A DNA stretch of 64,000 nucleotides from the NCBI RefSeq assembly GCF_009914755.1, contig NC_060938.1; one strand, 5' to 3'. Positions 48,401 to 61,194 of this stretch are shown here, piece by piece; position 1 is the first letter of the stretch, and each line of letters starts with the position of its first letter. Below the pieces are notes generated by a model, which was not told the origin of the DNA, did not search any database, and saw nothing but the letters and a program-made list of their open reading frames with translations. Source of the stretch: the human T2T-CHM13v2.0 reference genome, Homo sapiens. The position numbers were made by a program, and so were the translations under genes.

Positions 48401-51020
48401 CTGCCCTCACGTCTGTCCATCTGCCCACTTACCTGTCCATCCGTCCACATGTCTGCCTCCACTGGTGACGGTGCCTGCAGCAGACGCCACATGGGGATGG
48501 CCGACATGGAGGCGCATCAGGCCTGGCACTGCCTGGGAGCTCCTGGCCTGGGGAGAGGTGCAGCTCCCAACACAGGAACAGCTAGTAAGCCCCTGCTGGG
48601 CCCAAGTACTGTTCTATGACCTGTCCACGCAAGGGCCATCCAGCTCCAGGGCAGGCCCATTGACCTGCATCCTGTATGCAGACAGGTTCAGGCCGAGCCT
48701 GAGGACGGACTCAAGCCAAGCCGCTGGGTGGTGTCCTGCCTGACGGGGCCTCCTCCTAGACACTCGCCCTCAGACATGGGGGCTGAGGTGCCCGCCTTCT
48801 CCCAGGGGCCATGCCTCCCGCCCTTCCCAAGGCTACACCCTTACTGCCTGGTTGTGGAGAGGTTCATTTCTGAGCCATACACAGCCCCTCCCTGGGTCAC
48901 ACCCATCAGCTCTGGGCGGAGGAAAAGTGGGCATAGGGGGAACACAGCCTGCCTGTTCCTCCCTGAGCGGCTGGGTGTGTGTGGCTCCATCTTCCAGAAG
49001 AGGCAGACTGAGTGAGATGGGCGTGCAGAACCAGCCAGCTCTGGCATTTCCTACGGCGGCTGGGAAATCGGAGGCTCCAGAGAGGAGAGGGCCTGCCCGG
49101 GGCACACAGCAAGGTCCCTGGCTCAGGAAGCACACACAATGGCTTCCTCTGGCCCCGGCAGGGGCTGGGGTGCTTGGAGGGCCCCTTATGCTTCATGGCC
49201 CCGCAGCGTCTGCCCCAAAACAAGCCAAGATGGATGAAAAATCGCTGGCGAAGGTCACTACAGGACAGCCGCGGACCGGTTGATTGCTCGGGGCGGCCCT
49301 CGCCCCGTCGGCGACTCCATCGGCAACTTCGCCGCGCTCTGATTTATGATGGGAAGAAAATGGTCCCCTGAACCGCCACCGGCTCTGGTTTGGGATTCTG
49401 TGTGACTCTCTGTGTGGCCGGCCCACCGTTTATTCACACCACTGAAGTGTGAATTCTATGAATAAATTTTATTATCTTGGGGCTTTGGGATGACAAAAAC
49501 ATGAAAGCCTCCGGAATTGGTGAGATGCCCGCCTCTCCTCATTACGTCGGCTGGGGCTGGGGGCGGGGGCCCTCCTGGGAGCCTCATTTAGATTTTAATT
49601 AAACTGACTTTTCCCAAACAATTTGCAATAAATTAGTGCCAACCAGGCTTGCAACATCCAGGCGCGAGGCCGTGCCAGGCTGTCACGGGGGACGCTGGCT
49701 CTCAGTTGGGGTCACCCGCATGGGAGGCCATGCACACTCTGGACAGGCCGGCGCTGGCTCACTATGCTGGCCCCAAGGTTTGCGTGGCCAGGGGTAGCCC
49801 AGGCACACACCAGACTCCCAGCTGACACCTGCTCCAGGAGAGGGGAGCGGCCATGTGCTGGGAGGGGCTGGCGTCTTTTCACTGAATGCCCACAGCAACC
49901 TGGTGACGAAGATGTCAGCATAGCGCTCAGTGGCACCCTCAGGGCAGAGGATGCTGAGCGCCCAAACCGCAGCTTTGAGGATGCAGTGTGGTGGAGGGTG
50001 GCCGGCACGGTGTGGGGGTGTCCTCAGCACCCTCCGCCCTGGACCTTCCTGTTCCAGGTGGACTGAGCATCAGTGGGGTGCAGGGTCCAGGACAGACGGA
50101 AAGGGAGGCTGGGCCCCGGGTGCCAGCCGAGAGATCCTGACATCCCAAGTTCCCTGAACCTCACCTTGTGTTAGACATGTGGGAAAAACCGAGGCTCAGA
50201 GAAAGGGAGGTGATTTGAACCCCGGGCTTCTTCCACTGCAGGCCCCTGTTGCCATCCCCAGCCTGCCCAGGGAGCACTCCCTCAGCCAGCACATGGCCAG
50301 CCTCCAGTGGCCATCCGTGGGAAGGAGCAGAGCTGCTCTGCTGATGCCCAGAGAGATGTGGGGGGAAAACCTGCTGCTCCTCGGCTGGGAGAAACCCCCA
50401 GAGTGGCTTGCCTCCCAGTGACAACACTCAAGGTCCCCAGGAAGAGGGCGTGTTCTTAAAACCGGAAAACAGCCCAGTGCAGCCCTGGTGTGTGTCTGAA
50501 GGCTTTAGGATACTGAAGCTTGGCCCACAGGCCCTGGCCTTCCTGGAGAGAAGGGGCAGGGAGGAAGGGAAGGGGCCCTGGAGGGAGGCTGTGTGACCTG
50601 AGGGCTGGGTTTGGCCAGGCTGGTGCAGGCTCCGACAGCAGCCTCTCTCCAAGGGCCTGACCCTGACCTCCAGGATGCGAGGCCCACCAGGAAGCCCCCA
50701 CCTGCCTTGGCCCTGCCTGCTGCCCACGTCGGCAGCTCCCACCTGGCTTCACCACGGCCTCGGGGAAGGGGGTCCCTGCATTTGTGTGCCCCAAATCCCC
50801 GAACGGCAGGTATGGAGGTGACAGCCACAGATGACCTTGAGGTGGCCCCAGGGACCTCTCTCCCCATCAAAGGCTGTGCAGACAGGCATCCTCCTGCTTT
50901 CCAGCATCGACGTCTACGTCACAGGTGGAAGGCACATCACTCTTTCTAATATTCACACCGACAGTGGTCCCTTTGTTCTTGATTTTCCTGTCCCGTGGAT
51001 TTGTAAAAATGAATCTGCGT

Positions 51021-51211
51021 CTTTTATTGTGGTCAAATATACATAACGTACAGCGTATCACGGTAACCACTCTCGGGCGTAGTCAGCGGCGTTCAGCACA
51101 GTCGCATTCGTGCAGCCGTCACCACCATCCACCTGCAGAGCATCTTCATCTTCCCAGTCAAAGTGCCGTTCCCATTCAACACTGACGCCCTGTTCCTCCT
51201 CCACCCCAGCC
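51021..51211 (-). mobile_element. L1MB-type 3' end fragment
   Basis: 'ttttattgtggtcaaatatacataac...gtgcagccgtcaccaccatccacctgcagagcatcttcatcttccca...cccattcaacactgac'. Confidence 0.75.
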
Positions 51212-54200
51212 GGGAGAGGCGTTTATGTTTTATAAGAGGCTTTGGGGCTGCGGAGACGAACCCCCAGGTTTGCCAGGCCCAGCTGTGGTTAATTCAGGTC
51301 ACATATTCCAAGTTCCCGATGAGGAGGATCTCTGTCCCAGTGAGGCACCGGGGACAGGGTGCAGGGGACACAGGCCCTTGCCAGGGGCTCGGGGAAGAGG
51401 TCGGCACAGGTAGCCACCGTCAAGGGCCACCGCAGAGCTCAGGCAACGATGACGATCCTTCCGTTTTGCTCAATGCTCCACAGTCGACAAAGAGCGTTCT
51501 GGTCCACACACGACTGTGTGCTCGTGCGAGAGCCTTGGGGATGACATTACACAGTGTCTGTCCATCAGGCCCACAGGTATCCAGCAAGGTGGCGTCTGCA
51601 CATGCTGAGTGAGGGGAAGGTGCTGGTTGAGGAGGGAGCGAGGCTGTCCCCGGCCCTGGCCAGCTCCCAAAGCGTCCCTCAAGGCCAGCGATGTCCCAGG
51701 TCTTGGCTCCCTCGTGGCTGGATTGGTCTGGGGACTGGTGCATCCTCACTCTGAAAGGCTGCTGGGGCCTGGACTGGGCACCTGAGGATGAGAAAGTCAG
51801 ATGCATCTCCCTGGGTGCCTGCTGCCGCCCTCCTGGGAGTTTGTGGTCATAAAATAGGATCCTGGGAAGAAGCGACTCCAGAGGGAGGGCTCCGGGAGAG
51901 CTGGTGGGCTGCTGTCATGGCCTTGTGGGGCTCTGCAGCTCTTGGGGCAGTTATGAGCACAGCGATATACGGGGCCACTGGGGCTCCATGTAGCTCTCGG
52001 AGACTCTGAGAGAAGGAGCTGGCCCTTTGGAGCTGGAGAGTAGAACCAGCCTGGCTCCCCAGTGTGCCGGCTCCAGGGAGGCCCTGAGGCGGGCCCAGCA
52101 GGCCAGTCGCTGCTGCCATGGGTGGGCGTGCAGTCGGTTCTGGCAAGTCCTGCCTGCCCGGGAGGCCTGGTGCACACACTGGGGATATAGGACAGCCTCA
52201 CTGCTTCAACTGTGGGGTTGGTGGCGGGGGTCACCTTTCCTGCTTTACAGATGAGGGAGCCGAATTGCACTGGGGAGAGCCCTGGCCCCTAGTCTGTGTG
52301 TCCAACATTCTAGAGCCTGGGTTCTCGAGGCTGGTGGCTACAAGGTGGCTATTCTAGATTCCCTGTGTCTGGATGGTGTGGCCGCAGCACCCAGCCTGAA
52401 GGCTGATGGATCCCACTCAAGAACCCGGCCTCCTCATGCTATGTGCACACAGAGGGGCAAGGTTGGGGAGGGAGAGGGGCGAGTCCCAGGCTGCAGGTGG
52501 AGCGACCCCAAGCTCCCACCCCAAACAGCACAGTCCAGGACGCCCACCCGGAAGGAAGCTGCCAAGAGCTTCAGCACGTGGCTTTGAAATAACACAGTGT
52601 GATTTAACGGCCCGGGTGGTGTGGAACAGCGGCACGGTGGCTCCTCAGCAGTGGAGGCTCCGGTCCTGGCTGGTGCATCTGCTCCGGCAGCTGGCCGCCC
52701 CTCCATCCGCGGCCGTAACATTTCAAGACAGTTTTGCTTGCAAGGAGTCACAGTCCATTGGTTTTATGGAAACACTCTCTGAGTTTACTTCCCGCGCAGG
52801 GGAAAGACAGCTGTTTTATATGCACTTGGAGGAACACCTAAAGGGTTTTAGTGTTAATTAAGTTGGGAGGACGGTTCTTAACAAGCACCTTTTTGTAAAT
52901 GTCAAGCTGCTCTGCTGTTTCACTGTTGTTATGGAAGGTGGAAATTAGGCAGCGCCCCCTACTCCCTCCTGCGGCAGGAAAGGGGGCACCACCTGTGTGT
53001 GCTGGGGCAGGTGTGCTGACACCGGCTTGCTCAGTAGAGCCACTTCCTGGAATGATCCGGAAAGTATAAGGGCAGCCCAAGAGGGCAGAAAAGCCGCAGC
53101 ATCCAGAGAGTAATGGGGAGGCTCTGAGTGTTGGGGGCTGGTCTCAGGGACTGGCTCCATCTGGGGAGAGCTCACAATGTGAGGGCTGCAGACACAGCTC
53201 CCACCCAGAGCCCTGGCAGGACCCCCTCATGGGCAGGTCCGGGCAGCACATGGGAATCCCTGTCTCAGATGGTGGATGCCAGCTTGAAGCTCCCAATTTC
53301 ATCTTTAGATTTGGGCCTGGACGAAAAGTCCGACGTGCGGGGCGGTCAGCGCTTCGGCTGCGGTGGGTTCCCGCCCCTTGCTGCCTCCCCAGGATGGGTT
53401 CTTGGCCTTCTGGAGCTCCAGGCCCTACCCGGTTTCCCCCTCTCATCAAAACATGCGACCAGGCCATGTTTGCGGGGAGGCCAGTGCCCCACAGCCCCTG
53501 ACTGTCCCCGGTGGGGCCTGAGGTCGATCAGGAGCAGGGAGAGATGAGGCGTGAACACCTGGCTGTGAGCTGGTCCTTCCACGTGGAACACCCTGGATGG
53601 ATGGGGGCTGCAGATGGGCCCCGGGGCACACGATGGGGAAGGGGAGGCTCCCAGGAGTATCTTCAGGGCCCACAGGGAACCCCCAGGGAAGGGGCTTGGA
53701 CGGGTGGGGCTGTGGTTCCCGAGGGCCTGGAAAGCTGTGTGGACCTGAGGGTGTGCTGGGTCCAAGCCCAGCTGATTCCAGCGGGTGGGAAACCGTGTGT
53801 GAGGCTCTGGACGGCCTGTGGACAGGGCAGAGGCCCGGGATGTCTGGGAGGCCGGGTGGGGACACAGCCTTTCCCTGTCGGCTCAGGAGTTGGCACCGCT
53901 GAGGAAAGGGGGATGTTCAACAAATGAGCTTCAGAGAAACCCCCCAACACCACTACTCCTGGAGGAGGCATCCTGAAGACTGAAATGTTCCCGGGTCTCC
54001 AGAAAGGAATCCTGGGGCCAGCACTGTGTGGGGGCAGCTGACCTCCCAGGGCCACTGCTGTCGCTGCACCCACTGGCAGTGGGACAGGAGCCTGGGCCAG
54101 GACCCAGAGACCTGAGTCATGTCAACCCCACCCCCTACCCCCAATTTCTTGACCACCGGGGCCTTCACCAGACCTGCCTGGCTCCGGCCTCTGTCATGTG

Positions 54201-55227
54201 GAGACTGGAAGTTTCAGGGCTCAGCCTGGGTGAGCACGTGGGAGCCCTGCGGTGAGTGGGGGTGGAACCCCGGACTCCAGGGACGGCGCTCCAGGAGGGG
54301 TCTCAGGCACACCCCAACCTCCCAGCGGCCGTGACGGGCTTGGAGGCCTGTGTCAGGCCACAGCAGGCCAGGCCCGGTTTCCGGACCCTGCTGAGAGCCA
54401 CAGACCCAATGACTTCTGCAGCTTGCCCCGTGAATGGAGCTCCATGCCAAAGCTTGGTCTCCAGGGTGCTGCTTCTCCAGCACCAGCGGCTCCCAGGCTT
54501 GCAGGGGCGGCGTGGCCTGGGCCAGCTTTCCCAGCCATTGTTCTCCCTGTGTGAAAACCCCAGGGCTCCCCAGCCGGCACCACCACACCCCTTTGCCTTT
54601 CCCCTCCTGCGGCCCCTCTGCTGGGTCACAGCCTTGGAGATGGGCCTGCAGAGGCACCCACACACCCTGGCCAGAGCTGACATCCTAAGCAGGCTGACAA
54701 CCAGCCTGCAGGCTGAAGGACCCTGGAGAGACCTGGCCAGGCTGGACCCTGCAATCAGAAACAGAAGGCCCTTCTAGTGGGGGAAACTGAGGCCCAGAGG
54801 AGGGTAGAAGACTGCCCACAGCTGCCCGAGGGGGCTGAGTTCTGAGTCTGGGCTCTGGGTGGCCTGAGCAAGAAATCTGCTCCTGGGCACCCGCGGCTGT
54901 GACGGCTCCTGTGGCTGGGTCCTGGAACTCCTCCTGCCTCAATCATCGATTGGGCAGAAGGTCTGGAGCATGCTGGGCCTGGCTGCTGCCTGGGCACGAG
55001 TGGGGATAGCTTCAGTGTCACCTCAGTCACCCCAGGAGCCCTGCGGGATGGCTGCCCCACTTCACAGATGGAGTCTTGAGAGAGCTGATCAAGAACGGGG
55101 TGTGGGCCTCTGTGGTTTCCGCCTCCCGGATGCCCCATGCCTCTGTGTCTCAGAGGTGCCTGGGCCTCTGGGCTGCTGCCAAGTCCAGGACTAAGTGTTC
55201 TTCCAGAGCCCCAGATGCATCCTTCTG

Positions 55228-55228
55228 G

Positions 55229-55269
<41 letters not shown>

Positions 55270-55270
55270 G
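55228..55270 (+). repeat. (TG)n microsatellite, one interruption
   Basis: ~21 TG units with a single TT interruption. Confidence 0.97.
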
Positions 55271-56514
55271 GTCTCTGGGGGCAGTGGTAGGAGCCTGGGT
55301 TGCAGGGGCTGTCTTTGCTAGATCTCAAACTCAAAGGGGACCCTCTCTCTGGTTGCCTGGGGAGTCTGCTGCCCCGCCACCCCCCCGCAACAGTCCTGCT
55401 TGCTGCTCCTGTGCCTTCCTGCCCCCGAGCCCCGTCCCCAGCCCCTTTCCCTGCCCAGCCCTCTCTGCTGCCTTCCAGGCCTGCTCTCTTGACTTCAGAG
55501 GATGAGACTCGGGTCTGCCTTCAGGCTCCCAGGGGAAGGGTCCCAGGAGCTGCACTCTCCTCCCTGCCTGACAGTGCAGGAGGAGGTCGATGCCGTAGGA
55601 GGAGGGCAATGCCCCGGCAGCAGGTGCTCTCTGGCTCCAGCTCCCCATTCGTGCACCGCCTCAGCCCTGCAAAGTAGGTTGGTGCAGTCTTACGGGGGGA
55701 TGTCTGCAGCCAGGCATCACCATCCGCAGCCAGGCAGAACGTGAGGCTGGTGCTGTGACCTGGGCCAGCACTTCCCTCACACTCTCCTTGTCCTTCCATG
55801 CCTGGCCTCAGTGAGGAAGGGTCCTCCTGGAGATGGGGCTGGGCAGACGTCCCTGGAGGGTCCCAGGAAGGCTCTGAAATCTGGCACATTCTGCAACCTA
55901 TGTTCCAACCACTGACTCCAGGAACTGGTGCATGGGCTGAAGCAATGAAGAAAAGTCACCGTCCCATGAGGCAAAGCTGATTTAAAAGCTCACTTATTCT
56001 TAGTGGGAAAAATGGGGTTAGCAACCATAACATTTGAAAACCAACTGGAAATAGGCTGGTAAATAACTTTATGGAATTGTTGGTTCGGGAATTATGTTAG
56101 GAACTTGGAGTCTGTGATTATCAAGCAAAAAATGTCTCAGCATTTCAGGCCAGGGTCAGGGAGAGGGTAGGGGTGGGAATGGGGTCTATAGAGGTTATAG
56201 GAAAAGAAATCTGAGTGGTTGTTTAGGAGACTGAGGAGACTGAAAAGACCCTGAAACCCCACGGAGGTGATCAGGGACACTGGCCTGCCCTGAGATGCCT
56301 CTTCCAGTGTGCCTTCCTCCCCGCTGCCCTGCCCAGGCCAGCTCCCTGGAAACCCACTAAGAGGAAGGGTGTCTTGTGACCAGCCACATCACGAGATGTC
56401 CCACATCGCAGATTTCAGGTGCAAGGATTGAGGTGTCACAGCAAACAGAGGAGGGGCTGGGGTAGGTGTGGTTCTACAGCAGCTCTTAAAACAGAATAAA
56501 CAAAAACTACAAGC

Positions 56515-56688
56515 GGTCTGCCACGGTGGCTCACACCTGTAATCCCAGCACTTTGGGAAGCTGAGGTAAAAGAATCACTTGAGCCTGGGAGTGTGAGGCT
56601 GCTCCCTCTGGTGAGCTGTGATCACACCACTGTACTCCAGCCTGCGTGACAAAGCGAGACCTTGTCTCTAAAGAAAACAAAACAAAAA
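56515..56688 (+). mobile_element. Alu monomer (FAM/FRAM-like)
   Basis: Single arm 'ggtggctcacacctgtaatcccagcactttgggaagctgagg...gtgagctgtgatcacaccactgtactccagcctg...gagaccttgtctct' + A-rich tail. Confidence 0.85.
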
Positions 56689-57578
56689 CCAAGTGTAATC
56701 AACCTTGCCCTTGAAAATGCGTTAGTCCACCCACCAGGTCATCTGGAATCTATCTTGGGATAGGTGGTGACCTGGTAGGACCAAGGGTCTTCCGAGGCAC
56801 TGAAGAACTTGGGTTTTGCTGTAGATCTGAGTGGGGAGTTTTGGGAGGAAGGGGCGGGAAGTACCTTGATCTCACTGCCAGGGCCCCTTTGGCTGCTGAG
56901 GGGACAGCAGCTGAAACAGGACGGGCAGTGCACGTCCAGCGAGGACACCCTGGCCGCAGGTCTGCCCAGCGACAGGAGGAGGGCTGCATCTGGGGTCCGT
57001 GGTGGAGGTGGACACAGCGGCCAGCTTCTGGGAGCGTTTTAGAGTGAAGTCCACAGGACGTGTGTGAGGGAGTGAGCCGGCATCCAGGGCAAGGTCCTGA
57101 GATTCAGACGGTGGTGCTGTTTGGCAGTGACCCTGGGTGTGGGCGTCCCGGGTGCCGGGGAGAGCTCATCTTCAGAAATGAGGAGGCCGGGGGTGGCACA
57201 GACTGTCCACACAGGGGTTCTGTGGCCTGGCGTGCTGCCAGTCCAGAGATCCCAAAAAAACCTGTGTCCCGGCTGCTGTCCTTGGCCCTGCTCTGACCCC
57301 TGCTCTCCCCGCTGCTTTTCAGAATTGCTGCTCCGTGAATTTCTGAATTGCAGTACTCGCTGTGCACCTGTCTCTTCCTTCGGGAGCCATTGTCAGGTGG
57401 GATTGCGTAAATGTCCTCCATGGCGTGAGGCCCTGACTCACCTGAACAACATTCCCCAGTGAGCACGGAGCAGCAGCCCGCCCGGCTCAGCAGTGCCTTG
57501 CCCTGGCCCTTTCTCTCCTCGCTGGTTCATCTGCATTAAAGAAACAGAAAGCTTCCTTCGCTGGCCCGCTCATTGCCT

Positions 57579-58236
57579 GTCTTCTCTCCCTGCCTCAGCT
57601 GCGGTCAGGCTCCAGGTGAGCTGCACCTGGCCGTCTCAATTACACTGCTTCTCTGGCATCGGATAGGAACTCTATGGCCAACTTACCCACAAGGTGGTCT
57701 GCAATATCTTTGAATAAATTAATGATTGAATGAATGTCTTAGTCCATCCAGGCCACTACAACAAAACAACACAGATGGGGCAGCTTAACAGTGGACATTC
57801 ATTCCTCACATTTCTGGAGGCTGGGAGTCCAAGGTGAAGGTGGCAGCAGGGTTGGCTCCAGAGAGGGCTGCTTCCTGGTCCCCGGACAGCCTCCTTCTTG
57901 CTGTGTCCTCTCATAGCAGAGAGAGGATGTTCTGTCACGGGCCCTCATGACCTCCTCTAAGCCTCATCAGCTCCCAGGGGCCTCACTTGCAAATACCATC
58001 GCATTGGGGTCAGAGCTTCCACATAGGAAACATTTGGTCTGTAGCAACGAGTGAATGAATCATTACAGATTTCTCTATAAGACCACCAGGTCTTAATGTA
58101 TTCAAAGATATTGCAGACCACCTCTTGGGTAAGTTGGCCATAGAGTTCTTATCCAATGCCAGAGAGGCCGCGTAAATGAGACGGCCAGGTGCAGCTCACC
58201 TGGAGTCTGACCGCAGCTGAGGCCGGGAGAGAAGAC
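57579..58236. repeat. Inverted repeat: 144-bp arms at 57579-57722 and 58093-58236
   Basis: Manual alignment of arm 1 with the reverse complement of arm 2: 133/144 identical, no gaps. Confidence 0.95.
57735..58046 (-). mobile_element. MLT1A-like solo LTR (loop of the inverted repeat)
   Basis: tgtcttagtccatccaggccactacaacaaaac...ttctggaggctgggagtccaaggtgaaggtggcagcaggg...aaataccatcgcattggggtcagagcttccacatag...gtagca. Confidence 0.85.
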
Positions 58237-58599
58237 CGACGACGTCTGAGTCGTCAATGTTGTGAAAGATCTCCAGAGTGATGAAATTAAGGGTATTTAT
58301 TTCTTTAGTTGTTGCTTTTGTTGTAGCAAACAAAATGAAACAAACACACATGCACACAAAACGACCAAGCAAAAAGTGTCCGCTACTTGTTAAAGTGAAC
58401 CTCTAGTAAAGTTGTCTCTCTTTTTGTCACCGAGGATGAGAAACAGAGATGGGAATTCTATCCTCATGGAAAACAGGAGGCACCCACAACTCTGAGCCCC
58501 TGAGAGTGTGAAGGCCTTGCCGAGTGACCTCGCTGCTCCAGGGCGAGGCGGAGGCCAGGCTGCGGGGCTGCACAGCCAGCCAGGGAAGCTCCCCGCCCC

Positions 58600-59580
58600 A
58601 GGACTGCCCTCCCACACACTGCAGACAGTTGTTTCGGGAAGAACTCACTTTATATGCACAAATAAACAATGACAGAAAGGAATGAAAATAGTGTCCACTG
58701 AAAACATTACAAGAAAAAGGAAGAAAATAATAGAAAAGGTAAAAAGCAAAGACACAAAAAATCCTCGCATTGGGGAAGATGATGGAAACCTTCTTAACAA
58801 TCAGAAACTTAACGATCTAAATGAAAATGTCTTTCACGTAAAACAAAAGCCAAGACAGACTTCAATAAGAAACAAAAAGATGATAGGAGATTTCAAAAAT
58901 AGGCAGGCAGAGCTCAAGAAAAGAAGCAGAATTTTAAAAATCACAAAATGAAGGCCACACTAGAATCAAAGAAAAAGAGAATAGATTCTCCTAAAACCAT
59001 TGCCAGGGATGTGGAGTCAAGCTTGGAAAAAGTGAAAAAAATTCACCAGAAAAGAATAAAGAGTTGCGATGGTTTAGAGGAAAGGATAGAAAAGGAAAAC
59101 ACAAAATGCCGACACAACACACACATAATTGGTGGCCTTGCAGGAGAAAATCAAATATAAAAGAAAAATAATTCAAATAATTCAAGAAAATGTGGTGAAA
59201 CTAAAAAAGATGAAATCTATGGATTAAGAGGGTATATCATGTTTCTACAAAAATTGGTGCACTTGATCAGCACTGAGACTTGGGGGTCAAACACGAAGAA
59301 TTTGTTTGGCACCGAGGCAAAAATATGAAGGCCCTGACATGAGAAGAGAAGTCCAAGCTGGCTTCAGATTTTCTACGGCAACACCTCATCTTAGAGAAGA
59401 GGGAAATAATGCCTGCAAAATCTCCAGGAAAAGAAAGTATGAACCAAGAATTTTATATCAGAGTAAAATTTTAGAACAGAATAAAGCTGTTACTCATGCT
59501 GAATCATAAAAAAGCGCTTCTGAAAATATTCACAAATGGAGGAACTCTTGTCTACTGAAGTTCCTTTTAAATAAATAAAT
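58600..59580 (+). mobile_element. L1 ORF1-like relic (HAL1 or old L1M)
   Basis: Broken ORFs 58682-59509: K/E-rich coiled coil then 'FSTATPHLREEGNNACKISRKRKYEPRILYQSKI', resembling the ORF1p C-terminal domain; no recognisable ORF2 follows. Confidence 0.7.
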
Positions 59581-59709
59581 AGAGAATGAATTTTAGTCCA
59601 CCAAAAGGCAAATGAACAGGCTGTGAAGGACTAGGTCAAAACAACTGAGAGACTTAGGCCGTGGAGCGTTAAGTAGTGTGGAGTGTGTCAGTGGAGACAG
59701 GCGGCAGAG

Positions 59710-59935
59710 CTTTGGTGGCCTGTGACAAATAAATCCGGACAGCTCCTCCTCTCCCTGTGGGTGCAGCCACTCACCCAGGAAGTCCACTTCCCTCCACCTG
59801 ACTCTAGGCTGGCCTCATGGCTTCTTTGGCCAATCCAATGAGGCAGAAGGGGTGTCTTGTGAGTTCTGGAACCTGGGTCTTAGGGCGTGGTAGCTTCAAT
59901 TTTCACTGTCATGGCAAATCCTGATGCCGGGGCGC
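59710..59935 (+). mobile_element. Old MLT1-family LTR fragment
   Basis: 'acttccctccacctgactctaggctggcctcatggcttctttggccaatccaatgaggcagaag...gagttctggaacctgggtcttagg'. Confidence 0.6.
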
Positions 59936-59939
59936 CTTC

Positions 59940-60347
59940 TGATATGGTTTGAATAAAATCTCACCTGAAATGTGATCCCCAATGTTGGAGGTGGGGCCTG
60001 GTGGGAGATGTTTGGGTTATGGGGGTGGATCCCTCATGAATGGCTTGGGGCTGTCCCCATGGTAGTGAGTGAGTTCTCACTCTTAATTCACACAAGAGCT
60101 GGTGTTAAAAAGAGCATGGCACCTCCTCCTATCTCTCTTGCTTCCTCTCCCATCATGTGACATTCTTGTTCCCCTTCCACCTTCCATCATGAGTGGAAGC
60201 AACCTGAGGCCCTCACCGGAAGCCGAGCAGATGCCAGTGACATAATTCTGTACAGCTTGCAGAACTGTGAGCCAAATAAACCTGTTGTCTTTATAAATTA
60301 TCCAAGCTCAGATATTCCCTTATAGCAACACAAAACAGAGTAAGACA
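59940..60347 (+). mobile_element. MSTB-like solo LTR
   Basis: tgatatggtttg...gggggtggatccctcatgaatggcttgg...gccaaataaacct...tatagcaacacaaaacagagtaagaca; TSD ccttc/tcttc. Confidence 0.9.
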
Positions 60348-61194
60348 TCTTCCCTGCGCTGCTCCCGCCACCCCTTCTCCCCGGAGAGCAGCTTCTCGGA
60401 AAATCACCTGCACCTGAATCTTTGGCTCAGCATCTGCTCTGAAAAACTTGATCTAACACGGCATCTAAGATCCAAAGGAAGTTAGCTCAGCCTGACGCCA
60501 GCTTTCTCTCTAAAAGCACCCAATCCAAGCACATGGCCTGTGGCAGGATGTGGAAGCAATGCCCCTGGGTCTCAGGACACTCAGGGTAGGCAGGTGGAGA
60601 GCTCTTAGTATGGCAGGAGTGATGGGGGTGGGGGTGGGGATGCTGGAGGTGGTGCTGAGAACACAGGTGGCACAAAGACCCAGTCCACTCCTCCTGTGAC
60701 CTTTGCCCTCCAGCTCCTGCCAATCAACTTCTCAGTCAGTGTCTAGGCCCAGCCCTCTATTGCCTCCGTGCTGCCATGGCCTCCCTGTCCATCTCCCAGG
60801 CAACAGAGGAGTCGGTCTGAGGCCTCCAGCCTCACAGCCAGTGTAGTTGCATGTTAGGTACCACTTCCATCCTCGGCTGTCAAAGAACAATGCTCCTTAT
60901 CTGAAGAATGTGGTCTGGAGATAATTAGTTCTAACGGGACACAGCCCTGTGGCTGCTGTGGATGGGGCTTTGTTGTGGCTCAACAATGCCACCATCAGCC
61001 CAGATGTCGTGCACAGGCTTGGGCAAAAGGCAGGTGACTGCAGACTCACAGGGGCTCAAGAAGCACACCATGTGGGAGAGCTGTGGAGATTCACTAAAGG
61101 ATGGAACTAAACAGATCGACAGAGACAGACTAAAAAACAGCCTCTTCAGCCTTTGTCTGCAGTGTGCCTAATGCCTCCAGCCACCAGCAAATCA

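Noticed and set aside
58682-59509. K/E-rich ORFs as a domesticated L1TD1-like gene
   Set aside because: Broken by stops and frameshifts; a decayed L1/HAL1 ORF1.
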